Source: an uncultured Saprospiraceae bacterium (lineage in GTDB: Bacteria; Bacteroidota; Bacteroidia; Chitinophagales; Saprospiraceae). Taken from it: a stretch of 64,000 bases of DNA. The notes below the pieces were generated by a model. The model saw nothing but the letters and a program-made list of their open reading frames with translations, was not told the origin of the DNA and did no database searches. A program made the position numbers and the translations under genes. Within the stretch, counting starts at the first letter, position 1. Each line of letters begins with the position of its first letter. The stretch lies in NCBI GenBank assembly GCA_964442355.1, contig CAYTZS010000002.1, forward strand, positions 10,775-74,774, read 5' to 3'. Below, piece by piece: positions 62,828 through 64,000 of this stretch.

Positions 62828-63478
62828 TTATTTTTTCAAATTCAGCACTACTGGGTCGTCAAGAAATGCTTCTTTTTCCTCAGCGTATTTCTCCACAAAC
62901 TTCTGCAAATCGGTGGAAGGGGCGGTCAGGACGTAGCCGTTTTCCGTTTTCTCGTGCTTGATGCGGATTTGTTGGCGCTCCAGCAGGTTTTTCAGAAAAT
63001 CGGGGTCGAACATGTTGATTTTCAGTGTTTTGCCCGACAATTCCACTTTGGCAAATGTATGGACTGCCAATAAGTGGTACTTTAAAAAACCGTTCATCTG
63101 TGATGGGTCTCTGAGCATTTTGTCAACTGAATTGACGGTTTCGTCATTCGGCAAGTTGCCTGGGAAAAAATCCATGAAATAATGGCTACCCAACTTAACG
63201 ACATGTACATCGAATGCCGCCACGAACCCTTCTTCATCTTCGTGAATTAGAAGGTAGCTCTTGTCTTCCCCTTTCCGAAAGGTCCAGACTTCCGGTTTTT
63301 TGGACTTCCCGTTTTGGTCGGTTTCGCCTTTATCCGCTTGCCAAACCCCGGTGAGGCCATTTAGCAGCACCAACTTATCGGCCGTGTAGAGCGGCTGTAG
63401 CGATGGGATGCAGCTGTTCATCAATATTGCAAGCAGGCCAACTGCGGCAATGGAGGCCAATTTTTTGCGATTTTTCAT
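62828..63478 (-). CDS. hypothetical lipoprotein co-oriented with the LytTR system
   Basis: Trimmed to the ATG at 63478 (MKNRKKLASIAAVGLLAILMNSC, with a lipobox). Its stop is 4 nt upstream of the kinase start. Confidence 0.6.
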   Translation of the reverse strand: MKNRKKLASIAAVGLLAILMNSCIPSLQPLYTADKLVLLNGLTGVWQADKGETDQNGKSKKPEVWTFRKGEDKSYLLIHEDEEGFVAAFDVHVVKLGSHYFMDFFPGNLPNDETVNSVDKMLRDPSQMNGFLKYHLLAVHTFAKVELSGKTLKINMFDPDFLKNLLERQQIRIKHEKTENGYVLTAPSTDLQKFVEKYAEEKEAFLDDPVVLNLKK

Positions 63479-63647
63479 GTCGTAAGGTTTTAAAATTGTG
63501 AAGGTAAACAGTTGTGTTGGTTGATAGGGCAAAGCTGCCCCTGACCTTGGCCAGCTCCAATTTTCATCGGTGAAACCGCCTAAACTGAAGTTGAAACAGG
63601 CCAACAACGGCATTTTTATACCTTTGCTCAAAACCCACACTCACCCA

Positions 63648-64000
63648 ATGGAAATCGCACTGGTTTTAGGCTTGTTGATCGTCGCAGTGGCGTTGTTTGC
63701 CACGGATAAAATCCCTGTGGACGTCATTACAGTGGGCCTATTGCTCGTACTTACCTCCTTTGGCATACTCACACCAGCCGAGGCTTTTTCAGGGTTTGGC
63801 AGTGACTTCATCATCATGCTCGCTTCTATTTTTGTGGTAGGAGCTGCGATGCAAAAGGCTGGAGTGCTCGACATTCTTGGACACAAGCTGTTTACGCTGA
63901 CCAAAAATCGGGTCAAGTCCCTCCCTGCCATCCTGATGGCTTCCGTCAGCTTCACTTCGGCCTTCATGAACAACACGACGGTGACGGCCATGTTCGTCGC
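63648..64000 (+). CDS. SLC13/DASS-family permease (N-terminal part; continues beyond the window)
   Basis: My translation from the ATG at 63648 is MEIALVLGLLIVAVALFATDKIPVDVITVGLLLVLTSFGILTPAEAFSGFGSDFIIMLASIFVVGAAMQKAGVLD..., a typical SLC13 permease N-terminus. Confidence 0.7.
   Translation, partial: MEIALVLGLLIVAVALFATDKIPVDVITVGLLLVLTSFGILTPAEAFSGFGSDFIIMLASIFVVGAAMQKAGVLDILGHKLFTLTKNRVKSLPAILMASVSFTSAFMNNTTVTAMFV

Overview
This 64-kb chromosomal window is most likely from a Bacteroidota genome. The evidence is a T9SS C-terminal sorting domain, SprB-type repeats, GH97, recurring TAnnTTTG -7 boxes and the absence of obvious SD sites. Most genes are visibly above 50% G+C. I count about 49 densely packed protein-coding genes. 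I saw no rRNA, tRNA, CRISPR, transposase or integrase.

Recognisable content, all identified by eye without database searches:
- Metabolism: purine nucleoside phosphorylase, carboxynorspermidine dehydrogenase plus decarboxylase, ilvE, dcd, metF, and formimidoyltransferase-cyclodeaminase.
- Sulfur-carrier cysteine biosynthesis: a cysM-mec-cysO-moeZ operon.
- Cation handling: a block of a CaCA antiporter, an MgtA-like P-type ATPase and a Ca-type P-type ATPase.
- Regulation: a LytTR two-component pair.
- Many secreted or outer-membrane proteins: M14 peptidase, GH97, a CRTAC1/ASPIC-like protein, two sortilin/BNR proteins, an HExxH-PD40-Omp85 fusion, and a T9SS cargo protein.

Items worth a second look:
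1. A roughly 3.9-kb islet at 31.2-35.0 kb. It holds an AT-rich orphan PD-(D/E)xK nuclease gene, a spacer-less array of 13 x 21-bp repeats carrying TTGCCA-N5-TGGCAA palindromes, an orphan 205-aa gene and an apparent gene stump. This is my best candidate for an undescribed cassette.
2. A promoter / 26-codon Cys-containing leader ORF / intrinsic terminator arrangement upstream of the cysteine operon. Every intercistronic gap of that operon is also filled by a long hairpin.
3. A pervasive class of intergenic hairpins built from degenerate 7-10-nt tandem words. It includes several multi-copy families.
4. An AT-rich, ORF-free stretch of about 1.3 kb (14.9-16.2 kb) with two plus-strand terminators and no assignable gene.

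Every functional call rests on motif recognition and carries that uncertainty.
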